Of a stretch of DNA of 24,105 nucleotides, positions 1 to 8,931 are shown piece by piece. The notes below the pieces were generated by a model that did not search any database, was not told the DNA's origin, and saw only the letters and a program-made list of their open reading frames with translations. The DNA is from Pseudomonadota bacterium (GTDB taxonomy: Bacteria > Myxococcota > JACRCW01 > JAFGSX01), in contig JBDRCO010000098.1 of NCBI GenBank assembly GCA_043821645.1, positions 1 through 24,105 on the forward strand, written 5' to 3'. Position 1 is the stretch's first letter; each line of letters opens with the position of its first letter. A program made the position numbers and the translations under genes.

Positions 1-1
1 G

Positions 2-460
2 CGACAGCAGCTGCTCGATGCGTTGAAGCAGCGCCTGGCGGTCGACGAGGGATCCCTGATCGCCGAGCTGACCGCTCAGCCCGAGGACGGGCGGCTCAAG
101 CTGCTGCTCGTGCATCGCCTGCTGCAGTTCCGACGCCAGCATCCCGAGCTGTGCGCGCGTGGGGACTACCAGCCGCTGCAGGTCGAAGGCGAGCGCGCCG
201 CACACGTGGTGGCCTTTGCCCGCCAGCATCTCGACGAGGTGGTGGTGGCCGTGGCCTCGCGCCTGGTGGGCCAGCTGCAGCCCGAGCCCGCGCTGTCCAT
301 CCCGGAGTCGGCGTGGCAGGGCACCGTTGTGCACCTGCCGCGCACCACGCGCGGGCAGTGGCGCGACCTGCTCACGGGGCGACGCTTCGAGGTGGGAACG
401 CCGCTGGCCCTGGCCGAGCTGACCGCGGCATTGCCGGTGGCGGCCCTGGTGGCCGAGTAG
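2..460 (+). CDS. treY: Malto-oligosyltrehalose synthase, C-terminal part (runs off window start)
   Basis: Frame is open from base 2. DGRLKL...RRQHPEL...GDYQPL...HVVAFAR...WQGTVVHLP...WRDLLTG...LPVAALV matches the TreY C-terminus. Lies directly upstream of treZ. Confidence 0.9.
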   Translation, partial: RQQLLDALKQRLAVDEGSLIAELTAQPEDGRLKLLLVHRLLQFRRQHPELCARGDYQPLQVEGERAAHVVAFARQHLDEVVVAVASRLVGQLQPEPALSIPESAWQGTVVHLPRTTRGQWRDLLTGRRFEVGTPLALAELTAALPVAALVAE

Positions 461-477
461 CGACGAACGAGGGACAC

Positions 478-2310
478 ATGTGGCAGCTGGACAGGGGATC
501 CCGGGTCGAGCCCGGAGGCCAGGTGCGCTTCAGGGTCTGGGCGCCGCGGGTGCAGCAGCTCGAGGTGCAGATCCAGGGGGAGACAGGCGCTCGCGCGGTC
601 CTCAAGCGCGACGAGCAGGGCATGTTCGAGGGACGCCTGGCCGCGCAGGCGGGGGACGACTACCTGTTCGTGCTCGACGGTGAGCACCCGCGACCGGACC
701 CGGTGTCGCGCTGGCAGCCGCAGGGCGTGCACGGTCCCTCGCGCATCGTGGATCCGGCGGCCTTCGCCTGGACCGATGCGCACTGGAAGGGCCTGCCCCT
801 CGACCGATACACAGTCTACGAGCTGCACATCGGCACCTTCACAGCGGCGGGAACCTTTGACGCGGCCCTCGACCACCTCGATCACCTGGTGGCACTGGGC
901 GTCACCGCCGTCGAGCTCATGCCGGTGGCGGAGTTTCCGGGTGGCCGCAACTGGGGCTACGACGGCGTGCACCTGTACGCACCGCAGTCCAGCTACGGCG
1001 GTCCCGAGGGCATGCGCCGCCTGGTCGACGCCTGCCACAGCCGCAACCTCGCGGTGGTGCTCGACGTGGTCTACAACCACCTGGGACCAGAGGGGAACTA
1101 CCTGCACGGCTACGGCCCCTACTTCACCGATCGCTACCGCACGCCCTGGGGCGAGGCGGTCAATTATGACGGTCCGGACAGCGATCTCGTTCGCGCGCAC
1201 GTGGTGGACAACGCCCGCCACTGGTTTCACGAGTACCACGTCGACGCCCTGCGGCTCGACGCCATCCACGGCATCTTCGACTTCGGAGCGCGCCCCATCC
1301 TTGGCGAGCTGGCCGAGGCTGCAACGCAGTGCACGGGCGAGCTGGGGCGCCCCTGCCTGCTCATCGCCGAGAGCGATCTCAACGACGCCCGGGTGCTGCG
1401 CGCCACGGAGGACAACGGCCTGGGCATGGACGCGCAGTGGTGTGATGACTTTCACCACGCCTTGCACGCGCTGCTCACGGGCCAGGACCGCGGCTACTTC
1501 GCCGACTTCGGTCGCGTGGCCCAGCTCGGTCGCGCCTTCAGCGAGGGCTACGTGCACCAGGGGGAGTACGCGAGCTACCGTCGCCGACGCCACGGCAACG
1601 ACTGCCGCGATCGTCCCGGCCAGCAGTTCGTGGTCTTCGTGCAGAACCACGATCAGATTGCCAATGCCTGCCAGGGCCAGCGCCTGGTCGAGCTGGTGGG
1701 GTGGACCAAGGCGCGGCTCGCCGCCACCCTGATGCTGAGCGCGCCCTACCTGCCCATGCTGTTCATGGGCGAGGAGTACGCCGAGCTCGCGCCCTTTGAC
1801 TACTTCACCAGCCACGGTGACCCGGGTCTGGCCGCGGCGGTCAGCGACGGGCGACGGCGCGAGCATGCGGTGTTCGACTCCGGTCGCGCCTTTTGTGACC
1901 CCCAGGCCGAGGCCACCTTTGCGGGCAGTCGTCTGCGTTGGGATCGGATCGGACAAAGCCCACACCGCGAGCACCTGGCCATGGTGAAGCAGTTGATCGC
2001 GTTGCGTCACCAGCACCCGGCCCTGGGCAACTGCCGCAAGGACCTCACCAGGGCGAGTTGCAGCGAGGCGCCCGCCTGGATCTGCGTCGAGCGCGGCGAC
2101 CCGTCGGCACAGCACGCGCTGGTCGTCGCCAACCTGGGCGACGTGACGAGCCAGATCACGATTCCCGACGCCGTGCCCGAGCTCGGGCGCGTGTTCTGCA
2201 GCGAGGACCCGGCCTGGGGTGGCGCGGGCTGCGACGCCGTGCCGGCGACGACGGGAGCCGGCCAGGACCTCTCGCTGCCACCCTTCGCCGCCGCGATCTT
2301 TCTCGGCTGA
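478..2310 (+). CDS. treZ: Malto-oligosyltrehalose trehalohydrolase (GH13, N-terminal CBM48-like domain)
   Basis: ATG 478 follows a GAGGGA RBS. Motifs FRVWAP, RPDPVSRWQPQGVHGPS, YELHIGTFT, ELMPVAEFPGGRNWGYDGV, DVVYNHLGPEGNY, LRLDAIH, LIAESD, QNHDQI. Confidence 0.96.
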   Translation: MWQLDRGSRVEPGGQVRFRVWAPRVQQLEVQIQGETGARAVLKRDEQGMFEGRLAAQAGDDYLFVLDGEHPRPDPVSRWQPQGVHGPSRIVDPAAFAWTDAHWKGLPLDRYTVYELHIGTFTAAGTFDAALDHLDHLVALGVTAVELMPVAEFPGGRNWGYDGVHLYAPQSSYGGPEGMRRLVDACHSRNLAVVLDVVYNHLGPEGNYLHGYGPYFTDRYRTPWGEAVNYDGPDSDLVRAHVVDNARHWFHEYHVDALRLDAIHGIFDFGARPILGELAEAATQCTGELGRPCLLIAESDLNDARVLRATEDNGLGMDAQWCDDFHHALHALLTGQDRGYFADFGRVAQLGRAFSEGYVHQGEYASYRRRRHGNDCRDRPGQQFVVFVQNHDQIANACQGQRLVELVGWTKARLAATLMLSAPYLPMLFMGEEYAELAPFDYFTSHGDPGLAAAVSDGRRREHAVFDSGRAFCDPQAEATFAGSRLRWDRIGQSPHREHLAMVKQLIALRHQHPALGNCRKDLTRASCSEAPAWICVERGDPSAQHALVVANLGDVTSQITIPDAVPELGRVFCSEDPAWGGAGCDAVPATTGAGQDLSLPPFAAAIFLG

Positions 2311-2464
2311 ACCGCCACGCCGGGGCGCACCAGGTGCTCCCGCGCCCGTCGACGCGACACGGGTGCAGAACCCGTGCACAGCCAAGGTCCCTGCCTGGGC
2401 AGGGCCGTGACAGGGCGGTGCGGAATGCGCCGTTGGTCGCCGCGGGTTCTATACTCGACAGCGC

Positions 2465-3523
2465 ATGACAGCTTTTCGCCACAGTCGCCTGCGTCTCGTG
2501 CTCCTCGCCTTGGGCTGGCTGGGCCTGGTGGCCGCCTGCATCGCCGCGTTGGCGTTTCAGCCCGTGCACATCGGCCGCATGGTCATGCCCCCCGAGCAGC
2601 GCATCGCGGTGCTGGTCGCGTTGGCGCTGGTGCTTCACCTGCTCACGGCCTGGACCTGGATGGCGCTGCGCGCGTTGCTGCGCCTGGTCGGCGTCAAGGG
2701 ACCGCGCTCCTGGATAGAGCGCCCGGCGGTGCGGGCCACCCTGCTTGGCACCCTGCTCGCCTTTGCGGCGCTTCTCGGCTACGGCCGCTGGGTCGAGCCG
2801 GGTTGGCTCGCGGTGCGGCATGTTCCCCTGGGCCAGGTCGGCGCGCCGGGGGCCAGGCCCCTGCGCATCGCCGTGCTGTCGGACCTGCACGTCGACGGCT
2901 GGAGGGCGCCCTTCATCGACGTGTCCGCGACCGTGCGCCGCCTCGAACCCGACGTCGTGATCTTTCTGGGCGACAGCCTCGGCCGGCGCGACGCCTTGCC
3001 CCTGCTGCATCGCGTCCTCCAGGACATCGAGGCTCCCCTGGGCTGCTACGCGGTGCGCGGCAACTGGGAGGCCTGGTACTACAACGATCTGCCCCTGCTG
3101 CAGGGCACGCACTTTCGCTGGCTCGACGACGAATTGGTGACCCTCGAGCGCGCTGGCACGCGCGTGCACCTGGCAGGCCTGGCCTACACTGACGACGAGG
3201 ACGGGGCTCGCGCGCAGCGGCGTCTCGCCGCCGTGTCCATCGACGACTGGCGCGTGCTGCTGTTCCACACCCCGGACCTCGTCGACGCGGTGCCGTCGGC
3301 AGACCTGGTGCTGTCGGGACACACCCACGGCGGGCAGGTGGCGATTCCCGGCTTCGGGGCCCTGGTCACGCTGGCCAAGACAGGCAAGCGCTTCGAGCGC
3401 GGGCTGGTGCGCGCGGGCCACACCTGGGTCTACACCACGCCGGGCATAGGGGTGGAGCCCGCCATCCCGCTGCGCCTGGGCGTGCGGCCCGAGGTCACGC
3501 TGATCGAACTGTGGCCGAAGTAG
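2465..3523 (+). CDS. Membrane-anchored metallophosphoesterase (calcineurin-like, YkuE/YaeI type)
   Basis: Three N-terminal hydrophobic segments. Metal motifs SDLH, GD, GNWE, HTPD and SGHTHGGQV, with C-terminal RLGVRPEVTLIEL. Confidence 0.9.
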   Translation: MTAFRHSRLRLVLLALGWLGLVAACIAALAFQPVHIGRMVMPPEQRIAVLVALALVLHLLTAWTWMALRALLRLVGVKGPRSWIERPAVRATLLGTLLAFAALLGYGRWVEPGWLAVRHVPLGQVGAPGARPLRIAVLSDLHVDGWRAPFIDVSATVRRLEPDVVIFLGDSLGRRDALPLLHRVLQDIEAPLGCYAVRGNWEAWYYNDLPLLQGTHFRWLDDELVTLERAGTRVHLAGLAYTDDEDGARAQRRLAAVSIDDWRVLLFHTPDLVDAVPSADLVLSGHTHGGQVAIPGFGALVTLAKTGKRFERGLVRAGHTWVYTTPGIGVEPAIPLRLGVRPEVTLIELWPK

Positions 3524-3529
3524 CGCGCA

Positions 3530-3558
3530 GCGACAGGGACGATCGCCGGTGTTATTGT
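3530..3558 (+). promoter_or_regulatory. Putative sigma70-type promoter for the hydrolase gene
   Basis: GCGACA-N17-TATTGT, with TG in the extended -10 position. Confidence 0.35.
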
Positions 3559-3606
3559 GTGCTGGCGCGGCCTGCGGGCGTGAATCCAGGCCGTAGCGAG
3601 GACGCC

Positions 3607-4305
3607 ATGATACAGGACTACCCCCGCTCCAGTGCCCCCACCTGGCAGCTCGTGGGCAAGGAAGCGGCGGCCTATGTCGCGGCGGGTCTGCTGTTTCCTC
3701 TGGGCCTGCGCGATCCCCGGCGTCGCACGCTGCGAGCGCGCGAGCAGCGCACGGTGGTGCTGGTGCACGGCTACCTGGCCAACCGCTCGTCGCTGCTGCC
3801 CCTGGCCGCCTACCTGCGCTGGGCCGGGTTCAAGCAGATCTTGATGTACGACTACGCCACGGGCGTGGGCATCGAGCAGGCGGCCATACAGCTCAAGAGC
3901 TACCTGAAGCGCCACGTGCGCGGCGGCCGCATCGACCTGGTGTGCCACAGCCTCGGCGGCCTGGTGGCCCGGGTCTACCTGCAGCAGCTCGGCGGCGAGC
4001 GGCGGGTCTATCGCTGCGTGACCCTGGGCACGCCGCACCGCGGTACCTACAACGCCTACTGGACCTGGTCGCGGGTCGGCGCCGAGCTCAGGCCGGACTC
4101 GCCGCTGCTGGGTCGTCTCAACGCCGAGGACAGGGCGCCGTCGACGGTGCGCACCCTGTCCGTCATCGCGGGCTCGGACAACATGGTCATCCCGCGCGTG
4201 TTCGCCGGCCACGACCAGGAGGTCTGCTTCAAGGACCTCGGACACATCTCCATGCTTTTCTCGCCGCGGGTGTTTCGCCTGGTGGGGCAGCACCTGCGAG
4301 CCTGA
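3607..4305 (+). CDS. Alpha/beta-fold lipase/esterase
   Basis: ATG 3607 follows GAGGA. VVLVHGY, nucleophile elbow CHSLGG, TLGTPHRGT, GSDNMV and GHISML give a Ser-Asp-His triad. Confidence 0.88.
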   Translation: MIQDYPRSSAPTWQLVGKEAAAYVAAGLLFPLGLRDPRRRTLRAREQRTVVLVHGYLANRSSLLPLAAYLRWAGFKQILMYDYATGVGIEQAAIQLKSYLKRHVRGGRIDLVCHSLGGLVARVYLQQLGGERRVYRCVTLGTPHRGTYNAYWTWSRVGAELRPDSPLLGRLNAEDRAPSTVRTLSVIAGSDNMVIPRVFAGHDQEVCFKDLGHISMLFSPRVFRLVGQHLRA

Positions 4306-4317
4306 CGGCCGTCGCCA

Positions 4318-4337
4318 CGACAGGCAGGGGCCTGTCG
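4318..4337. terminator. Hairpin between convergent genes (possible terminator, no U-tract)
   Basis: Perfect inverted repeat CGACAGGC-AGGG-GCCTGTCG in the 44-nt gap between convergent stop codons. Confidence 0.45.
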
Positions 4338-4349
4338 CGCGCGTCCGGG

Positions 4350-4997
4350 TCACGCCCGCGTTGTCGTCGCACCGAGCGCTGAGGGACCTCGCCACACCAG
4401 GGCTCTCCACTCCCCCAGGGCGAAGACCTGCGCGGCCTTTCCGGCGAGCAAGGGTGCATAGCGGGCGTTGAGTTCCGGCACATCGGTGGCCACCAGCCCC
4501 GACAGCACCAGATCGCCACCCGGGGCCACGCTCGCAGCCAAGGTGGGCGCCAGCTCCAGCAACACCGGTCGCAAGATGTTGGCGAGCACGAGGTCGTAGC
4601 ATCCTGGCCGGGGCGCGAGCTGCCCGGCCAGGCGAACGCGCTGCTGCACGCCGTTGAGCCCGAGGTTGATCAGCGCCTCCTGGCACGCGGCTCCCTCGCA
4701 GTCCACGGCATCGACACGAGCGCCCAGGTGTGCGGCAGCGATGGCCAGGATGCCAGACCCCGTGCCGACGTCGAGCACCTGCCAGGCTCGCCCGTCCCTG
4801 GGCGCGTAGGTCGCGATGGCCTGCAGACACAGCTGCGTGCTCGGATGTCTGCCATCTCCGAAGCTCTTTCCAGGCCGGATGTAAAGGCTCCGCTCTCCGT
4901 CGACACCCTGCTCGCCGGGGCGAAGCACGCGCCAGCAAGGTGGGACCGCGATGCCAGCGGGCGCCCGCTGAAAGCCCGGCACGGATTCGTCGCTCAC
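4350..4997 (-). CDS. PrmA-like class I SAM-dependent methyltransferase (catalytic domain only)
   Basis: Likely GTG start at 4997 after GGAGGGGGA; alternative start 5021. IRPGKSFGDGRHPSTQLCL, VLDVGTGSGILAIAA, YDLVLANIL and LVLSGL are PrmA motifs. Confidence 0.8.
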   Translation of the reverse strand: MSDESVPGFQRAPAGIAVPPCWRVLRPGEQGVDGERSLYIRPGKSFGDGRHPSTQLCLQAIATYAPRDGRAWQVLDVGTGSGILAIAAAHLGARVDAVDCEGAACQEALINLGLNGVQQRVRLAGQLAPRPGCYDLVLANILRPVLLELAPTLAASVAPGGDLVLSGLVATDVPELNARYAPLLAGKAAQVFALGEWRALVWRGPSALGATTTRA

Positions 4998-5063
4998 TCC
5001 CCCTCCCTCCCTCGGAATCACGACCCACTGTGATTGTCCCGTAGCGTGCCACAGCCGTCCAGC

Positions 5064-5092
5064 CTGACAGGGCGCGCTTCGCGCACTACATG
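5064..5092 (+). promoter_or_regulatory. Putative sigma70-type promoter for the DoxX gene
   Basis: CTGACA-N17-TACATG in a divergent intergenic region. Confidence 0.3.
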
Positions 5093-5177
5093 GTGCCAGA
5101 CCGCCGTTCGATGGACGGCGTCACAAGAAAACGCGCACACAGCCGGACCCGGCAGTGCCGACCGAGGAGATCGAGAC

Positions 5178-5615
5178 ATGACCACCGCAGCGGCGACATT
5201 GCCTGGATCCACCGTCTCCGGACGCAAGGGGCTCCATATCGCGCTCTGGATCGTTCAGGGCCTGCTGGCCGTGGCCTTTGGCTTCGCCGGAGTGATGAAG
5301 TTGACGACACCCTACGATCAACTTGCGCAGAACATGGCCTGGGCCGTCGTCGTGCCAGAAGCGCTGGTTCGCTTCATCGGCCTGTCGGAGCTTGCAGGTG
5401 CTCTGGGCCTGGTGTTGCCCGGGCTCACCCGCATCAAGACAGGGCTCACGGCGCTGGCCGCCCTCGGCCTGACCTCGGTCATGGTGCTGGCCGCGGCCTT
5501 TCACGTCTACCTGGGCGAGACGGCGGCGATGGGCCCGAGTCTGGTGCTCGGCAGCCTGGCGGCCTTCGTGGCCTGGGGGCGGTATCGACGGGCGCCGATC
5601 ACTCCGCGCGCGTGA
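5178..5615 (+). CDS. DoxX family membrane protein
   Basis: ATG 5178 follows GAGGAG. LWIVQGLLAVAFGFAGVMKL, RFIGLSELAGALGLVLP, MVLAAAFHV and FVAWGRY; four hydrophobic segments. Confidence 0.9.
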   Translation: MTTAAATLPGSTVSGRKGLHIALWIVQGLLAVAFGFAGVMKLTTPYDQLAQNMAWAVVVPEALVRFIGLSELAGALGLVLPGLTRIKTGLTALAALGLTSVMVLAAAFHVYLGETAAMGPSLVLGSLAAFVAWGRYRRAPITPRA

Positions 5616-5644
5616 CCCCGCGACAGGGCGCGCAGCTCCAGAGC

Positions 5645-7765
5645 TCACAGCTTCTCGTCCACCTTGGCCACCTCGCCCGGCACGACCTGCACCTTGACGC
5701 GCTTCTCGGCACCGCTGGGTGGATGGCGCAACACGAGCACGTGCTGACCCTCGAAGACTTCAAAGGGCGGCATGGGTGTGGTTCCTAGTTTCTTGCCGCG
5801 CAGGGAGACCTCGGCCCAGGGATCTACGCGGATCACCACCTTGCCCTTGCCGAAGGTCTCGTGGCGGCTCGCGTGCTCCCCGGGTTTGATCTGCCAGGTG
5901 AAGTTTCGATTCAGGCCCAGTGCTGGATTGCGCAGCGAGACCTGATGTGGACCAGGAGCCAGGTCCAGATTGGACAGGGGGGTGCTCCCGGCACTCTTGC
6001 CGTCGATGAACACCACCACTTGTGGCTCGCTGGTGAGCTGGGCGCGGAACTCTGGCGAGTTCGCGGCCAGGGCTTTGGTCGCGGGTGTGCGGGACCCGGG
6101 CGACCGATCCACCACAGGCCTGGTGGGCCGGCGGGACTTCGATGGGGATCTCCGCGGCGGCGAGACATCGGGCGCAGCGGCAGCGTCCGCCACCCGTCCG
6201 GCATCCGCTGTCATGACGACCGCGGCCTGCGGTTCCTTCTCGAGCGTGTCGACGTGAGACACGATGGCAGGTGGGGCTGGCGGTGTGGGATTCTCCAGTG
6301 CCGGACCCGGCTCGGCACGGCCTCCCCAGTACACGGCCGACACCGCCACAGCACTTGCCAGGGCGAGGGCGGCCGCCGCAACAAGCCAGCGCGATGCGGT
6401 GGGTCGGGCGATGCCATCCAGCGCAGCGTCCCGATGAAGCGGGCTCTGCGGCGCGGGTATGGAGACGGGGGGGCGCTCCCGAATGGTGTCCTCGCCGGCC
6501 GCCGCCCGGGCCTCGAGCGCAGGGACTTGATGGCGAACCGTGGCCTCGTCCTCGACGGGAGGGGGCTCAAGCACGATGGGACGCTGCGGTGCGGTCTCCT
6601 CGGTCGCCACCCGAGGCGCCGCATGCTGCGGCTCCGAGCTGTGAACCGGCGGAGCCGGTATGCGTATGGTCTCCTCGTCCTGTGAAGGATCCCCGGTGCG
6701 TCCGAGGACACCCAGCCTGACCAGAGAGGTCGGTTCCTCGCGCAGCACCTGCGCTGGCCTCACCTCGTCGAGGAGGGGGCCCGGTGCCAGCGCCTCCACG
6801 TCGCTGTGCGAGGTGGCCGTGAAGACGCGCGCCGGCTCCATGGTCGGGCTCGCGCCGAGCGCTTCGAGCACCTCCCGGATCTCTTCGCTGCGAGGGCGTC
6901 CCACGGACGCCAGGAAATCCTGCAGATCCTGCACCACCTCGCTGGCCCGGCTGTACCGCTCATCGGGTTCGCGCGCCAGCAGCCGCGACAGAATACGTTC
7001 GAGCTCGAGGGGCAGGTCAGGCCGGCGCTCCCGGGCTGGGATGTAACGCGTCAGGACCACCGCTTCGAGGGTCTCGAAGGGAACCTTGTGCTTGAAGCAG
7101 CGCTCGAGGGTGAGCAGCTCGTACAGCACGATGCCCAGCGAGAACAGATCACTGCGCCTATCCAGGGCTTGTCCCATGCCCTGCTCGGGGGACATGTACG
7201 AGAGCTTGCCCTTGAGCACGCCGGTCTGGGTGCGGGTCGACGACTCGCGATGCTTGGCGATGCCGAAGTCCACTACTTTGACCGCCCCCGACCAGGTGAC
7301 GACGATGTTTGAGGGGGACACATCGCGATGCACGAGGTTCAGGGGGTGACCGTCGTCGTCGGTGAGATCGTGGGCGTGCTGCAATCCGGCAGCGGCCTCG
7401 GCAACGACATGCGCGATGAGGGAAAAATCGAAATGCCGTCTGTGCTTGTGTGCGGCGATGAGCAGATGATCCAGGTCCACACCTTCGAGGTATTCCATCA
7501 CCAGGCAGTACTGACCCTCGATTCGGGTCAGTTCGTGGATCTCGACCAGGTTGGGGTGGTGAAAGCGCGCGGCAATGCGCGCCTCGTCGAGAAACATCTG
7601 CACGAAGTGCTCGCTGTCAGCGCGGTGAGGCAGGATGCGCTTGAGCACGACAGGGCGCTGTACACCATCTGAATCGAGGACGTAGGCCAGAAAGACCTCG
7701 GCCATGCCGCCGCAACCGATGCGCTGGGACAGCAGGTAGCGACCGAGCTGGCTGGATTCCTCCAC
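5645..7765 (-). CDS. Hanks-type Ser/Thr protein kinase with transmembrane helix and two C-terminal PEGA-like domains (kinase 1)
   Basis: IGCGGMAEVFLA, VVLKRI, MFLDEARIAA, HRDVSPSNI, DFGIAK, KGKLSYMSPEQ and SDLFSLG. TM segment WLVAAAALALASAVAVSAVYW. PEGA-like VFIDGKSAGSTP and PWAEVSLRGKKLGTTP. Start is GTG 7765 or ATG 7801. Confidence 0.93.
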   Translation of the reverse strand: MEESSQLGRYLLSQRIGCGGMAEVFLAYVLDSDGVQRPVVLKRILPHRADSEHFVQMFLDEARIAARFHHPNLVEIHELTRIEGQYCLVMEYLEGVDLDHLLIAAHKHRRHFDFSLIAHVVAEAAAGLQHAHDLTDDDGHPLNLVHRDVSPSNIVVTWSGAVKVVDFGIAKHRESSTRTQTGVLKGKLSYMSPEQGMGQALDRRSDLFSLGIVLYELLTLERCFKHKVPFETLEAVVLTRYIPARERRPDLPLELERILSRLLAREPDERYSRASEVVQDLQDFLASVGRPRSEEIREVLEALGASPTMEPARVFTATSHSDVEALAPGPLLDEVRPAQVLREEPTSLVRLGVLGRTGDPSQDEETIRIPAPPVHSSEPQHAAPRVATEETAPQRPIVLEPPPVEDEATVRHQVPALEARAAAGEDTIRERPPVSIPAPQSPLHRDAALDGIARPTASRWLVAAAALALASAVAVSAVYWGGRAEPGPALENPTPPAPPAIVSHVDTLEKEPQAAVVMTADAGRVADAAAAPDVSPPRRSPSKSRRPTRPVVDRSPGSRTPATKALAANSPEFRAQLTSEPQVVVFIDGKSAGSTPLSNLDLAPGPHQVSLRNPALGLNRNFTWQIKPGEHASRHETFGKGKVVIRVDPWAEVSLRGKKLGTTPMPPFEVFEGQHVLVLRHPPSGAEKRVKVQVVPGEVAKVDEKL

Positions 7766-7840
7766 GCTGCGAGGATAACGGCTTTCCCGCCTGGCTGCCA
7801 TGGCGGTGGCGACGTGCGGACGTGAAGTCGACCCCGGTGT

Positions 7841-7870
7841 TTGCCCGCTGCCCGGGTGCGCAGCTATGCT
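7841..7870 (+). promoter_or_regulatory. Putative promoter (TTGCCC-N18-TATGCT), 6 nt upstream of ATG 7877
   Basis: Sequence match and spacing. No Shine-Dalgarno before the ATG. Confidence 0.45.
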
Positions 7871-7876
7871 CCGAAC

Positions 7877-8533
7877 ATGCGGTGCAGCTGGAAGCCCTGG
7901 GCAGCCCTGATGGTGGTCGCGCTCGGACTGGCCACGGCGGCGCAGCTCCGCGCCGCATGCCCCTCGCTCAAGCTGGCGCGCCAGGCCTACCAGGATCTCG
8001 ACTACGACCGTGTGACACCGCTGCTCGAGCAGGCCCTGGGCGAGGACTGCAGCGACGAGGACAGGGCCGGCGTGTACGAGCTGCTGGCGGTCATGCACGT
8101 GACCTACAATCGCGATCAGGACGCCGTGGAGGCCTTTACCCGGCTGCTCGAGATCCGCCCCGACTTTTCCCTGTCGCCCGATCGCTCGCCCAAGCTGCTC
8201 CTGGCCCTGGAGCAGGCCCAGCGCGCCCGGACGGACCCTGCGAGCGCACCGCCAGCCGTCGAGACAGCAGCCACAAGTATCGCGCCGCTTGCCGAGCCAT
8301 CGGTACCGACGGACGGCTCTGCACGTGGTGAAGCCAGCCCTTCGACCGAGGCCGTTGAGGACACCCGCCGCGCCGAGGTGAACGAGCCTCAGGAGGACAT
8401 GGGTAGCTGGTGGGTGTGGGCAGGTATTGGTACTGCTGTCACAGCCACCGCCCTTGCCGGCGCCGGCATCGTCACCTGGATCCTGTTGCAGCCATCTGGC
8501 AGCGACGTGGATTTTGGACCCTACCCCCTGTGA
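7877..8533 (+). CDS. Exported TPR-like protein with C-terminal hydrophobic anchor (TPR 1)
   Basis: Signal peptide ...LGLATAAQLRA. Helical repeat ARQAYQDLDYDRV...AVEAFTRLLEIRPDFSL...SPK, then an acidic linker and WWVWAGIGTAVTATALAGAGIVTWIL. Confidence 0.8.
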   Translation: MRCSWKPWAALMVVALGLATAAQLRAACPSLKLARQAYQDLDYDRVTPLLEQALGEDCSDEDRAGVYELLAVMHVTYNRDQDAVEAFTRLLEIRPDFSLSPDRSPKLLLALEQAQRARTDPASAPPAVETAATSIAPLAEPSVPTDGSARGEASPSTEAVEDTRRAEVNEPQEDMGSWWVWAGIGTAVTATALAGAGIVTWILLQPSGSDVDFGPYPL

Positions 8534-8910
8534 CGTCGAAGAAGCACAGTACGGTCCGTGCCCTGGGGTGCCTGCTGGCCCTGGGAATGTTCGCCTGCGG
8601 GCCGCAGTCCAGTCTGATCATCGTCGAGGTCGATGCCGGCTTGAGCATCCCGGACCAGGTCAATGCCCTGGCGCTGGAGGTTTCTGATACCCGGACGCTG
8701 GTCGCGATCACCCAAGTCGTGATCCGGCTGGACCCCGGCCAGGACTTTCCACTCCGCATCTCGCTGGAGCCGGGGGAGGACACCCCCCCTGACCTCACCA
8801 TCGTCGTGAGCGCGCTGCTTGACGGTGCCGACATCGCTCGCGCGACGGGTCAGGTGAGCTGGACTGACGACCACGAGACCGTCGTCACCCTGCCTCCGCT
8901 GGTGCCTTGA
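8530..8910 (+). CDS. Small lipoprotein with a predicted all-beta domain
   Basis: GTG start overlaps the upstream TGA (GTGA coupling). Basic N-terminus, hydrophobic stretch and lipobox-like GMFA-C, followed by alternating beta-strand pattern. Confidence 0.75.
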   Translation: MTSKKHSTVRALGCLLALGMFACGPQSSLIIVEVDAGLSIPDQVNALALEVSDTRTLVAITQVVIRLDPGQDFPLRISLEPGEDTPPDLTIVVSALLDGADIARATGQVSWTDDHETVVTLPPLVP

Positions 8911-8931
8911 GCCCATCCTCGCGGCGCACGC

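Noticed and set aside
151-477. N-terminal extension of treZ (719-aa ORF)
   Set aside because: It overlaps treY in another frame. ATG 478 has an RBS and matches the normal TreZ start.
2407-5634. Recurring GACAGGG motif in intergenic regions (about 2409, 3532, 5066, 5622)
   Set aside because: It is too short in GC-rich DNA to call a repeat element. Two copies are explained as possible -35 boxes.
7802-8098. N-terminal extension of kinase 1 (817-aa ORF)
   Set aside because: It is antisense to the TPR 1 gene, and the kinase domain begins just after 7765.
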